This document shows positions 30,201 to 38,042 of a DNA stretch of 64,000 bases, one piece after another. The DNA lies in assembly GCA_041690135.1 (NCBI GenBank), contig JAWLHY010000009.1, forward strand, positions 256,001 to 320,000, given 5' to 3'. The translations under genes and the position numbers were made by a program. Each line of letters starts with the position of its first letter. Position 1 is the stretch's first letter. The stretch is from Armatimonadota bacterium. Lineage in GTDB: Bacteria > Armatimonadota > SYMT01. The notes beneath the pieces were generated by a model. That model worked only from the letters and a program-made list of their open reading frames with translations, searched no databases and was not told where the DNA came from.

Positions 30201-30462
30201 CCACGCCGCGGTCCGCCGCCAGTTCCTGGGTCAGGTAGGTCCAGAATTCCTGGTTGAGAGCCCGGTCCGCGATCATCCAGCGGAACGCCTCTGTCTGGTC
30301 TCGCCGCGCGAACGCTTCGAGGAACCGCTCAACGGCGGTGCGTTGAGCCATCTCCGCCGTCGTCTGGGCCGGCAGCGGTCCGACGAGCGTCAGGATGAGA
30401 AGAACGGCAAAAAGGCTAGCAAACATGCCGGAGTACCGGGGACCATCTGCCAAGCGGACCAT
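27238..30462 (-). CDS. TPR + CHAT (caspase-like clan CD peptidase) domain protein with signal/TM peptide
   Basis: Catalytic HFATHG and MSACETALG; ASHWQV.D and HPYYWAPF; TPR array. Probable ATG 30462 after AGGAAGGA. Confidence 0.93.
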   Translation of the reverse strand: MVRLADGPRYSGMFASLFAVLLILTLVGPLPAQTTAEMAQRTAVERFLEAFARRDQTEAFRWMIADRALNQEFWTYLTQELAADRGVELRHSRFRIQSDDGEVAFGRIRLDWKTKDPKNGAPVEGAQTLDLRFVFEAGAWKLHGFRMAERHFYQSFLKAASPADRHALLDRNSDLAGGWLPYSLRGEANKLADAGKPEEADRFVELSFEAAEWMKSDFERAYCYLIRGYVRRKQLQWNVALRDNEQARQLFEKLQDDEGLAKIWRNSAHIYSTTANYDKAFKAYNLAIEHFRKIKDAPEEAAALQDLGLAQQYSGKPTDALTSYQTALELQRKLGNRRTQAILIGNIAAVQQDLQRYAEALRGYEEARRIFQEIDDFTAEGPILTNLGNLYQVVGRFAEANEALRAAVQLARKLGRKEDELIAQHNLTVYLLERNQLDEAMESGFASAKLASELKNDRFLPQIWSNLGEVGVRMEAWNAARDAYREMLDAARANRHRGMEAMATMGLAVVDLRERRQPDYRAAAARHFETAAAMAAEAGASAVLQMIRIHQGDLYRDWKNYPQAAIHLRQAVELIEQIRTQAEVGSLQTSFLRLHASVYLKLADSYLKVGDTAQAFAVSEQFKARALVDVLRSGNVRLTRSMTPEQKGREASLESRLASLSTAIDKTVLTDALEKLTEERNQVRSDLQAFRERLFLQLPDLRTRRAEFSPAAPQELLTKLLAASPKSALLSYLVLDRETLLFVLHHDKRGQPRIELYRSSVTRSQLANRVDEHWQGCSTPGGDYEAAGRWLFQRLIAPAAPALAGKEHLIVVPDTELSTLAFAALLDSGATPLAAKYAISYAPSATALLRMTEMLQRRPARGDRLPLVAFGSPVFPTRLPELPAAAGEVNAISRHFGSGAVVLTGERALESRAHELLRRARFAHFATHGMLDPSAPMFSSLVLTGDGRHDGFLQARELAEMELSADLVVMSACETALGQKVRGEGILGLTWALFAGGAAGTVASHWQVADESTGALMTAFYRELAKERERQPQSRAEALRQAQLSLLRGKKYTHPYYWAPFALLGQWRSLPASN

Positions 30463-30995
30463 AAGCCGTTTCCTTCCTAACCCACCATCGGCCGGCACGA
30501 CCCCTCGCTCTGGCCACCGGAGTTTCCGGGGGCGCCATCCCGGTTCCTCAATCCCCAGGACTTCGCCAGGGCCATGCCCCGAGAATCTTTCGCTGCTCCC
30601 ACGCCGGATGGTTCCCACACCACTTACCAATATGGCTGCACCACGGGCGACCTATAGCTTGGGGAGTAACGACCCTACCGTTGCAACTTACAACTGCAGG
30701 GAGAGACGCTTCCTTCCTGAGAAGGGAAGCTCTTATCCACCGATGAACGGCTATCTGCAGGCTCCATTTGTGCTTAAGATTAAAGTATTTCGCATATTGA
30801 TTGACTATGCACCAATTCTATTGCGAGTAGGAATAGATCTGGTCCGTTAGAAGGGAAGGCTGATGTGACCGCCGACAATCCGAGGGGGCTTTCGTGACGG
30901 AAGTCAAAGTTGTAATTCGATTTGCAATTATCGGGGCATTCTGAAAAGCCGGAAGGTCAATCCCTTTGCTACGGTGGGAGCCGGGCGAACGGCCT

Positions 30996-32900
30996 ATGAG
31001 CAGTATTGGTGCGATTTTGGATTGGTCCGGAGACGGGCTGCTGGCACGGGGTCTCTGCCGGATGGCGGAGAAACTGGACCGTCGGGGTCGCGATGGCGTG
31101 GACACCTGGTCGGAGGGGAAGGTGGGCCTGGTCCACGCTCATGCCTGGGTTCTTCCGGAAGAAGTGGGGGAGAGGCAGCCGATCACCTCCCCATGCGGTC
31201 GGCTGCGGATTTCGGCGAACGCCCGGATCGACAACCGGCCGGAATTGCTCGCGGAGCTGGTGGGTCTTGGGATCCAAGCGCAGTCCAGCGATGCACAGTA
31301 CATCCTGGCGGCCTATCAGCGATGGGGAGAGGACTGCGTTCAGTACCTGGTGGGGGACTTCGCATTTGCCCTGTGGGATGCGGATCGGGAGATACTCCTC
31401 TGCGCGCGCGATGCGTTGGGCGTGCGACCGCTGCACTACTCCCGGTCCGGCGGAAGCGTAATCGTTGCGAGTGAAACCGGAACCCTTCTGGCGGCTCTGC
31501 CGCAAACGCCCCACTTCAACCGTGCATTCCTCGAAGATCTGCTGGCCAATGCCTGGGACCGTTCGTTGCACGAGACGGCGTACCAGGGGGTCTACCGGGT
31601 TCCCCCAGGCTACCGGATCACTTTCCGCCGGAATGACGTGCGCCTGGTGCGCTACTGGGATCCGAAGGCGGTTGGGTCCTCGGTTGAATTCGGTGCGCCG
31701 GAGTGCTTCGAGCGTTTCCACGCCCTCCTCTCGCGGGCGGTTTCGGATCGACTCCGGGCCATCGATCCAGTGGGAGTTGCCGTGAGTGGTGGGATGGACT
31801 CCTCCTCCATCGCCTGCCTGGCACAAGAACTGCAACCCAAACAGGATGTCCAAGTGCCAGTTTGGTTGCTTACAACGATTTATGAATGCACTCCGGGCGC
31901 GGATGAGCGGGATTACTTCGAGGCGGTGGCCGCACGCTGCCCTGCCCTGCAAGCAGAGCGAATCCTTTCGGATGACTGCTGGTCGCTCCGGGAGTTTGGG
32001 ACGGACGGTGGATTTCCGCTGGATGAGCCTGAGATTGGCCTGAACCGCACGCTCCTGCTGCGCCTGATCCGCCAGGCGCGAGCGAAGGGATGCCGCGTGA
32101 TGCTGAATGGTTGCGGCGGTGATCAGGTACTGGGGGGCGAGCCGTACCACCTGCCGCACCTGCTGCAGGATGTCGGACTTGCGCGCCTGTGCGCGGAGTT
32201 GCCGCACTTCCGGCGGTGCAGTCGCCGTCCTCTCTGGTGGATTCTGCTGGCGGCCTATGGATTGCCGCTCTTCGGCGGGGAGATCTCCTCCCGCTTGCGG
32301 AGTTTGCTCCGGGGGCGAGAAATGGATGCCGCGGGGTTACCGCTCCGTCGCCCCAGTGCGGCGCCGCTTGCCCTGCCGGAGCCGTTGCAAGCGCCGGAGT
32401 TCTCCACGCGAGCGGCTGCGGAGAGTTACCGGCAGTTGACGCACGGACTCTTCGTGGCCAGTCTCCAGGAGTTCGAAATCATCGGGGGGGAGACAGGCGT
32501 GGAGTGGCGCTTTCCGTTCCTGGATCGCCGCCTGGTCGAATTCATGTTGGGCGTACCTGCCGCTGCGCGATTCGCCGCCGGGTGGCCCAAGCGCATGGTG
32601 CGAGAAGGCTTGCGCGGCGTACTGCCGGAGAAGGTGCGTTTCCGGCAGGGCTACGCTCACTTTAGCGGCTTGATCGAACGCGGACTGCGGGAGCGTGAGG
32701 TGCCGCGGCGTCAGGAATTGTTGCGGGACCCTCTGCTGGTGTCGTGTGGCCTGGTCGAGCGGGAGCGCCTCGCGCGGGCCTGGAGTTACTGGGAGGATCG
32801 GCCGCAAGTGAACTGCTTGCAGCCGTTATTCTCCTCTCTTTTAGTGGAAGCGTGGCTGCGCCATTTTTCGCCCGGGGCTCTCGCCGCGCTGCAAAGTTGA
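30996..32900 (+). CDS. Lasso peptide cyclase (isopeptide bond-forming, asparagine-synthetase-like C protein)
   Basis: No N-terminal catalytic Cys (MSSIG instead of MCGI). ARIDNR.EL, GDFAFALWD, RDALGVRPL, PP-loop SGGMDSS, GGDQ, RFPFLDRRLVEF. A lasso precursor follows 46 nt downstream. Confidence 0.9.
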   Translation: MSSIGAILDWSGDGLLARGLCRMAEKLDRRGRDGVDTWSEGKVGLVHAHAWVLPEEVGERQPITSPCGRLRISANARIDNRPELLAELVGLGIQAQSSDAQYILAAYQRWGEDCVQYLVGDFAFALWDADREILLCARDALGVRPLHYSRSGGSVIVASETGTLLAALPQTPHFNRAFLEDLLANAWDRSLHETAYQGVYRVPPGYRITFRRNDVRLVRYWDPKAVGSSVEFGAPECFERFHALLSRAVSDRLRAIDPVGVAVSGGMDSSSIACLAQELQPKQDVQVPVWLLTTIYECTPGADERDYFEAVAARCPALQAERILSDDCWSLREFGTDGGFPLDEPEIGLNRTLLLRLIRQARAKGCRVMLNGCGGDQVLGGEPYHLPHLLQDVGLARLCAELPHFRRCSRRPLWWILLAAYGLPLFGGEISSRLRSLLRGREMDAAGLPLRRPSAAPLALPEPLQAPEFSTRAAAESYRQLTHGLFVASLQEFEIIGGETGVEWRFPFLDRRLVEFMLGVPAAARFAAGWPKRMVREGLRGVLPEKVRFRQGYAHFSGLIERGLREREVPRRQELLRDPLLVSCGLVERERLARAWSYWEDRPQVNCLQPLFSSLLVEAWLRHFSPGALAALQS

Positions 32901-32946
32901 AGGAACCCGGAGGAGCAACCCACCGGGACCAAGGGATGAAAGTACG

Positions 32947-33147
32947 ATGGAAATGGAACAAAAGGGAACGCCTGTCAAAACCCTGGCTCAGCCGGCGTAC
33001 GCGGGATCGGACACTGCGGCGCAGATGCCCCGGAAGAAGGAATACCGTCCACCGCTCCTGGAGCGCCTGGGTCCCCTGGAAGAATTGACCCAGGGTGGAA
33101 ATGGCGCCTTTTCCGACGCCCCCCTCGCCGGCACCCGCGCTTTCTAG
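32947..33147 (+). CDS. Lasso peptide precursor (A); predicted core GGNGAFSDAPLAGTRAF at 33094-33144
   Basis: Leader Y-x-x-P-x-L (YRPPLL), then LG.L.ELT with Thr at -2. Core starts with Gly and has Asp at position 8. Confidence 0.93.
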   Translation: MEMEQKGTPVKTLAQPAYAGSDTAAQMPRKKEYRPPLLERLGPLEELTQGGNGAFSDAPLAGTRAF

Positions 33148-33338
33148 GGTTCCCCCGCCCCGTCCGACGAGTTCTTTCACTGTTTTGGTCGCGTTTGTAG
33201 GCGACCCGCTCCCCTTCCACTGCGCCCCTGGCAGCCAGGCTCGGAACAGTTCCCCAGGTTTCCGGCCCGCCTGCCGAACGGCCACAATTTTGGACCGGCG
33301 GCCCGATTTCCCCGGCAGCGGTTCGAGGAACGACTGAA

Positions 33339-36300
33339 ATGGGTTACGTGCGGAAGTTAGCCTGGCTGCTATTGCTGGGCGTAGTCTCTATGCTGATCAC
33401 GACCGGAGCGATCAGTTCCGAGTCTCTGGGTTCGGCCGCGAGACGCGCCGCGGCGCTGCGTCCGGTCCGAAGAGGCCGCGGCGGCTTTCTGGATTCCGGG
33501 CCGAAAATGGCCGAGACCCGGCGGAAACTGGCGAACCTGTGGCGCAACCGGGTGATCCGCGAGCGGATCCGCCGCCGCCTGGATCTCCGCACTCCGGCTC
33601 CGACGGCCGGCCGTCCCCGCCAGCGCCGGCCGCTGGTGGACGGTCCCGCTCCCGGGGAGTACGTTTACTTCCCGAGTGGCGCAGTCGACGACGGTCGGTT
33701 CCTCACAATTGCGGGCACCACGGGTTCCGCCACTCTTGCGACGGAAATCAAGGTGAAGCTCGCGGCGCCCAGCACCGCGGGAACGCTCGAGATCGGGATC
33801 TTTGACGGGGATACCAGTGGACTGTGGGACCAGGGCACCGGAGCGCTGGAATATACGCTGTATGAGGATAAGGACGGCAACGCGAGTGGAACTACGCAAG
33901 TAGGGCAGTGGTCCGGCTCCGCGATGTCGGACAACACCTGGTTCAGCACCTCGATCAGCACCGGCCCGGGCGCGCAGGCGCCCAGTGGCAACTACTTCTA
34001 CTACCTGCGGGTGCGCCTGGTCGATACGACCTCCATTACGCTCAGCAGCTTCAAGATCCGGACCAATGCCAGCGTCCGCCTGGAACCCCAGAACTCGTTC
34101 AACGTCATCGCCCCGGTCTCTTCGGAGGCGGCCGCGCAGATCATCTATCCCGATTGGCCCTCGCTCACGCCGACGACCTACGACGGCTCGTGGAATTTCT
34201 ACGCCTATGTTCCGAATTCCACGACCTTCTTCGACGTGTGGGATGGCGACCTTGACTTCGGTACTTACAACGGCAGCGTTAAGGACACGGACGACCAGAA
34301 CACAACGACCATCCCCGCCTGGGCGACCGGCACGCCGGCCAACCTGGACGGCGCCTCTTCCGGGTTGAATGCTTCCTCCGGGAATCCGCCGGACGACGAC
34401 ACCCACGCGGTTTTCCGGCGCTCGCCGGACGTCGTTTACGACGTTACGGACCCAAACGGCATTCGGTATTTCAACGGCAACCCTTCCGGAAATCTGGAGT
34501 GGGAGAACTTCCGCATCGATACGGCGCCGTTCAACGCGAGCAACATGGACTACCACGCCGACGAGCTTCCTCCTGGCGTGTATGAGGTTCATATCGACGG
34601 CCTCGACATCAACAACCTGGATGCCTTCCGCTTCGATTTCGACCTCCTGGGGGTCGACAAAGACGGGAACCCCGTCCGCCCCCTGCTGCCCTACATCGTG
34701 GGCGATACGGTGTGGATCGACCAGGTGGCGGACAATGCCTTCGGTGGATTGGGTTCGGGAGAGGGCCACGCAAACGTTACCGTGGAACTGCTCGACGCCA
34801 ACGGGTTCACCCTGGATACGACCACCACGGATGCGCAGGGGCAGTATAGTTTCCCGGTAGAAGCAGGGACCTTTACCGTCTACGTTTCACCGGCGAACTT
34901 CCTTCCGACCGGACCTCTTGCGGGGTACCGGAATATCGCGGGCGGCTCCAACACGCTCACCTACACGGTAGTCAACGCTAATGTCGACACGTACGACTTC
35001 GGGTACCGGGCGGAGGGTCCCGACCGCCTGGGGGATCGGGTGTGGCTTGACGTAGACGGGGATATGACACAAGACTCCGACGAACCCGGCATAGGGGGGG
35101 TCACGGTCATTCTCCGGGATAACGGCGGCGTGCAACTCACGACGACGGTGACGAACGCTAACGGCACGTATCTGTTCACCGGGCTGGCCGCCGCGACTTA
35201 CCAGGTGCAGGTGGACACTACCACCCTGCCGCCCGGCCTGACCCAGACGCACGACCTGGACGGCACGGGAACAGCGCACCTCGCGACCGGCGCCCTGGTG
35301 GGTGGCACCGAGAAGCTGGACTTTGACTTCGGCTATCGGGGGACCGCCTCGATCGGCGACCGGGTCTGGAACGATGTGAACAACTCCGGCGTCCAGGACA
35401 GCGACGATCTCGGCATTGGCGGAGTGAAGTTGGTGCTTACGGGCGATTTCAACGGAGACGGCACCGCGGACCTGACCGCTACCGATACCACCGACTCCAC
35501 CGGTGCCTACCTCTTCGACCGGTTGCCCAGCCTCGACACCGGGACCTATCCGGGTGCGAAATACACGGTGAAGGTGGATACCAACACGCTGCCATACGGC
35601 CTCACCTTGATTTCCGATCCGGACGACAGCCCATCCGTGGCCACGCCCAACCGGTCGGAAGTGACCAGCCTATCCGTCGGACAGGCGAACCTGGTCCAGG
35701 ACTTCGGCTACCGCGGCGGCGGCTGTCTCGGCGGCACCCTCTGGAAGGATGACGATCAGGACGGGAAGATCGATACCGGCGAGACGGTCTTCAGCAACAT
35801 CACCGTGACGCTCTCGGGCGATCTGAACCTGGACGGCGTGTTCGGTGAGTATGCAACGAGCCAGTTGACGGATGCCGACGGCAAGTACTCGTTCACAAAT
35901 CTTCCCGGCGGACGTTTCAAGATCGTGGTCACGGCGTCACAATTGCCTTCCGGCGCCACCTGGAGCCCGACTTACGATGTAGACGGTACCGGCACTGCGA
36001 GCGAGGCGACCCTGATGCTCCACTCTCGGGTCTGTCGGACGGACATCGACTTCGGTTACCGGGCCACAGCCACCGTGACGGGACTGGCCGGAACCGTGTG
36101 GCATGACACCGGCGTGGACGGGATTCTCGATCCGGGTGAGGATGGCATTCCGAATGTCACCGTCAGCATCAGTGGCCCGACCAGCGCCAGCATGCAGACG
36201 GATGCGGACGGCAAGTACAGCTTCCTGGGAATCCCCGCCGGAACGTACACCGTGACGGTGACCCATGCGGAAGTGCCGACCGCCTACAACACTCCCACCG

Positions 36301-38036
36301 GTGACTACGACGGCCTGGGCACCCAGAACACCGCCTCCGTGGCGGTACCCGCGGGCACGACCGTGCAACCTGTGAACTTCGGCTACGTTGGCGTTTGCAA
36401 CCTTGGGAACCGGGTTTGGGACGACCTGGACTTTGATGGAATCCAGGACACCGCGGAATTCGGTACCGGCACGGAGCCGGGGATCAGCGGCGTGACCGTC
36501 CAACTGTACTCGGCGACTACGCTCACCTTCATCGCCAGCACACCGACGGACTCTAACGGGAACTACCAGTTCCAGAACCTGCTACCGGGCGCCTACTACG
36601 TCAAGTTCATCGCCCCTTCGGTCAACCACGTGTTCAGTCCCAGCCTGGAAGGGTCGAACCGCGCGGTGGATAGCGATCCCGATACCGTGACCGGGGAATC
36701 GGGGGTGGTGACCCTGACGGAGGGCACCACGAACCTGACGGTGGACTGCGGCTTCTACGACATCTCCAAGGGCCAGAGCGTGGGCGACCTGGTGTGGATC
36801 GACGCCAACGCGAACGGGGTGCAGGACGCCGGAGAAGCCGGTGTGGCCGGCGTGACGGTGGAACTCTACCGCCAGAGCACGGGCGCGCTGTTGCAAACCA
36901 CCGTCACCAACAGCGACGGCAACTATCTGTTCACGGGGGTGGGGGTCGGCCGGCACTATGTGAAGTTCTACCTGCCGAACGGCTTCGCGTTCACCCAGGC
37001 ACTCCAGGGTGGCGACACGACGAAGGACAGCAATGCCAACGCCTCGACCGGCATCACCGCAGAGTTCCAGGTAAACGGCGGAAACGACGTTTTCACCATC
37101 GACTGCGGCCTGCTGTCGCCGATGATCGAAGGCTGCGTGTGGTATGACCAGAACCGGGACGGGGTGTTCCAGTACACGGAATCGGGCCTGGGGGGGGTGA
37201 CGGTCCAACTTTACAGTGGCGCAACGCTCCTGAAGACCACCACCACTTCGGGCGGCGCCTTTACTTTCACTGGTGTGGCCGCGGGTGTTTACACCGTGAA
37301 GGTGGTCACTTCTTCCCTTCCCGCGGACAAGACGATCGCGACCGTGGACTCGGACGACATCCAGCCGCCGTTGCTCACCCCCCACGAGGTGATCGTGGAC
37401 GTGGAAGCACTGCCCACGGGTACGGACGGGTCTGTTTTCGTGGGGCCGAAAGCATGCTTCGGCTATTCGGTAGCGCCGCGGCTCAATACGGCCAGCAACT
37501 ACCGGTCGCAGACGCAGGGCGGTTGGGGGGCCGAACCCCGCGGCGGGAACGCCGGCGGCTTCCTCCATGCCAACTGGACCACGGTCTACCCAACGGGCAC
37601 GCTGGTAGTGGGGAAAGAGGCGGGCGCCAGTGGTTCGTTCTGGAATATCTTCCTGAACGGTGCCCAGGCGGTCACCAACTTCCTCCCGCAGGGCGGAACG
37701 GCGAGCGTCCTGACGCAGAACCACACGAACCCGCTCAGCACGGAAGCGGGGGTCCTCGCCGCGCAACTGGTCACCGCCCAGATTAGCCGCGACTTCTCGG
37801 CCGCAGGGGTGACGAAGAGCGGCTTGGGCAGCCTGAAGCTGACAAACCCGCCCAACGCGAGCAACCCTTTCAAGGGTTACTCGCTGGATAAGATCCTCGT
37901 CGTCGGCAACCGGGTGCTGTCCGGCAACCTGAACGCTCTGCCGAATGGCGCTACGATCACCCATCTCAACGAAGCCCTGGACTACTTGAACAACTGCTTC
38001 GTCGATGGGATCGAGGACAAGGGCTACTACCGCTAG
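33339..38036 (+). CDS. Large secreted protein with 8 SdrD-B-like (CnaB-type Ig) repeats
   Basis: Eight G(D/G/T/N/C)x(V/L)W.D starts with DxNGxQD-type loops, TD..G.Y.F..L motifs and DFG(Y/F) ends. Signal peptide present. Confidence 0.9.
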   Translation: MGYVRKLAWLLLLGVVSMLITTGAISSESLGSAARRAAALRPVRRGRGGFLDSGPKMAETRRKLANLWRNRVIRERIRRRLDLRTPAPTAGRPRQRRPLVDGPAPGEYVYFPSGAVDDGRFLTIAGTTGSATLATEIKVKLAAPSTAGTLEIGIFDGDTSGLWDQGTGALEYTLYEDKDGNASGTTQVGQWSGSAMSDNTWFSTSISTGPGAQAPSGNYFYYLRVRLVDTTSITLSSFKIRTNASVRLEPQNSFNVIAPVSSEAAAQIIYPDWPSLTPTTYDGSWNFYAYVPNSTTFFDVWDGDLDFGTYNGSVKDTDDQNTTTIPAWATGTPANLDGASSGLNASSGNPPDDDTHAVFRRSPDVVYDVTDPNGIRYFNGNPSGNLEWENFRIDTAPFNASNMDYHADELPPGVYEVHIDGLDINNLDAFRFDFDLLGVDKDGNPVRPLLPYIVGDTVWIDQVADNAFGGLGSGEGHANVTVELLDANGFTLDTTTTDAQGQYSFPVEAGTFTVYVSPANFLPTGPLAGYRNIAGGSNTLTYTVVNANVDTYDFGYRAEGPDRLGDRVWLDVDGDMTQDSDEPGIGGVTVILRDNGGVQLTTTVTNANGTYLFTGLAAATYQVQVDTTTLPPGLTQTHDLDGTGTAHLATGALVGGTEKLDFDFGYRGTASIGDRVWNDVNNSGVQDSDDLGIGGVKLVLTGDFNGDGTADLTATDTTDSTGAYLFDRLPSLDTGTYPGAKYTVKVDTNTLPYGLTLISDPDDSPSVATPNRSEVTSLSVGQANLVQDFGYRGGGCLGGTLWKDDDQDGKIDTGETVFSNITVTLSGDLNLDGVFGEYATSQLTDADGKYSFTNLPGGRFKIVVTASQLPSGATWSPTYDVDGTGTASEATLMLHSRVCRTDIDFGYRATATVTGLAGTVWHDTGVDGILDPGEDGIPNVTVSISGPTSASMQTDADGKYSFLGIPAGTYTVTVTHAEVPTAYNTPTGDYDGLGTQNTASVAVPAGTTVQPVNFGYVGVCNLGNRVWDDLDFDGIQDTAEFGTGTEPGISGVTVQLYSATTLTFIASTPTDSNGNYQFQNLLPGAYYVKFIAPSVNHVFSPSLEGSNRAVDSDPDTVTGESGVVTLTEGTTNLTVDCGFYDISKGQSVGDLVWIDANANGVQDAGEAGVAGVTVELYRQSTGALLQTTVTNSDGNYLFTGVGVGRHYVKFYLPNGFAFTQALQGGDTTKDSNANASTGITAEFQVNGGNDVFTIDCGLLSPMIEGCVWYDQNRDGVFQYTESGLGGVTVQLYSGATLLKTTTTSGGAFTFTGVAAGVYTVKVVTSSLPADKTIATVDSDDIQPPLLTPHEVIVDVEALPTGTDGSVFVGPKACFGYSVAPRLNTASNYRSQTQGGWGAEPRGGNAGGFLHANWTTVYPTGTLVVGKEAGASGSFWNIFLNGAQAVTNFLPQGGTASVLTQNHTNPLSTEAGVLAAQLVTAQISRDFSAAGVTKSGLGSLKLTNPPNASNPFKGYSLDKILVVGNRVLSGNLNALPNGATITHLNEALDYLNNCFVDGIEDKGYYR

Positions 38037-38042
38037 GGAGCA

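Noticed and set aside
27238-30462. CHAT or S8 protease as the lasso leader peptidase
   Set aside because: Both have export signals, while lasso maturation is cytoplasmic, ATP-dependent and coupled to RRE/B2. Kept only as a possible co-regulated neighbour.
31130-31150. HAHAWV motif as the missing lasso B2 peptidase site
   Set aside because: It lies inside the N-terminal domain of the cyclase with no upstream CLxxS-type catalytic Cys context. No B2 ORF was found in the supplied ORF track.
30996-32900. Annotation as glutamine-hydrolysing asparagine synthetase (asnB)
   Set aside because: It lacks the N-terminal catalytic Cys and the NGEIYN motif, and is followed directly by a canonical lasso precursor.
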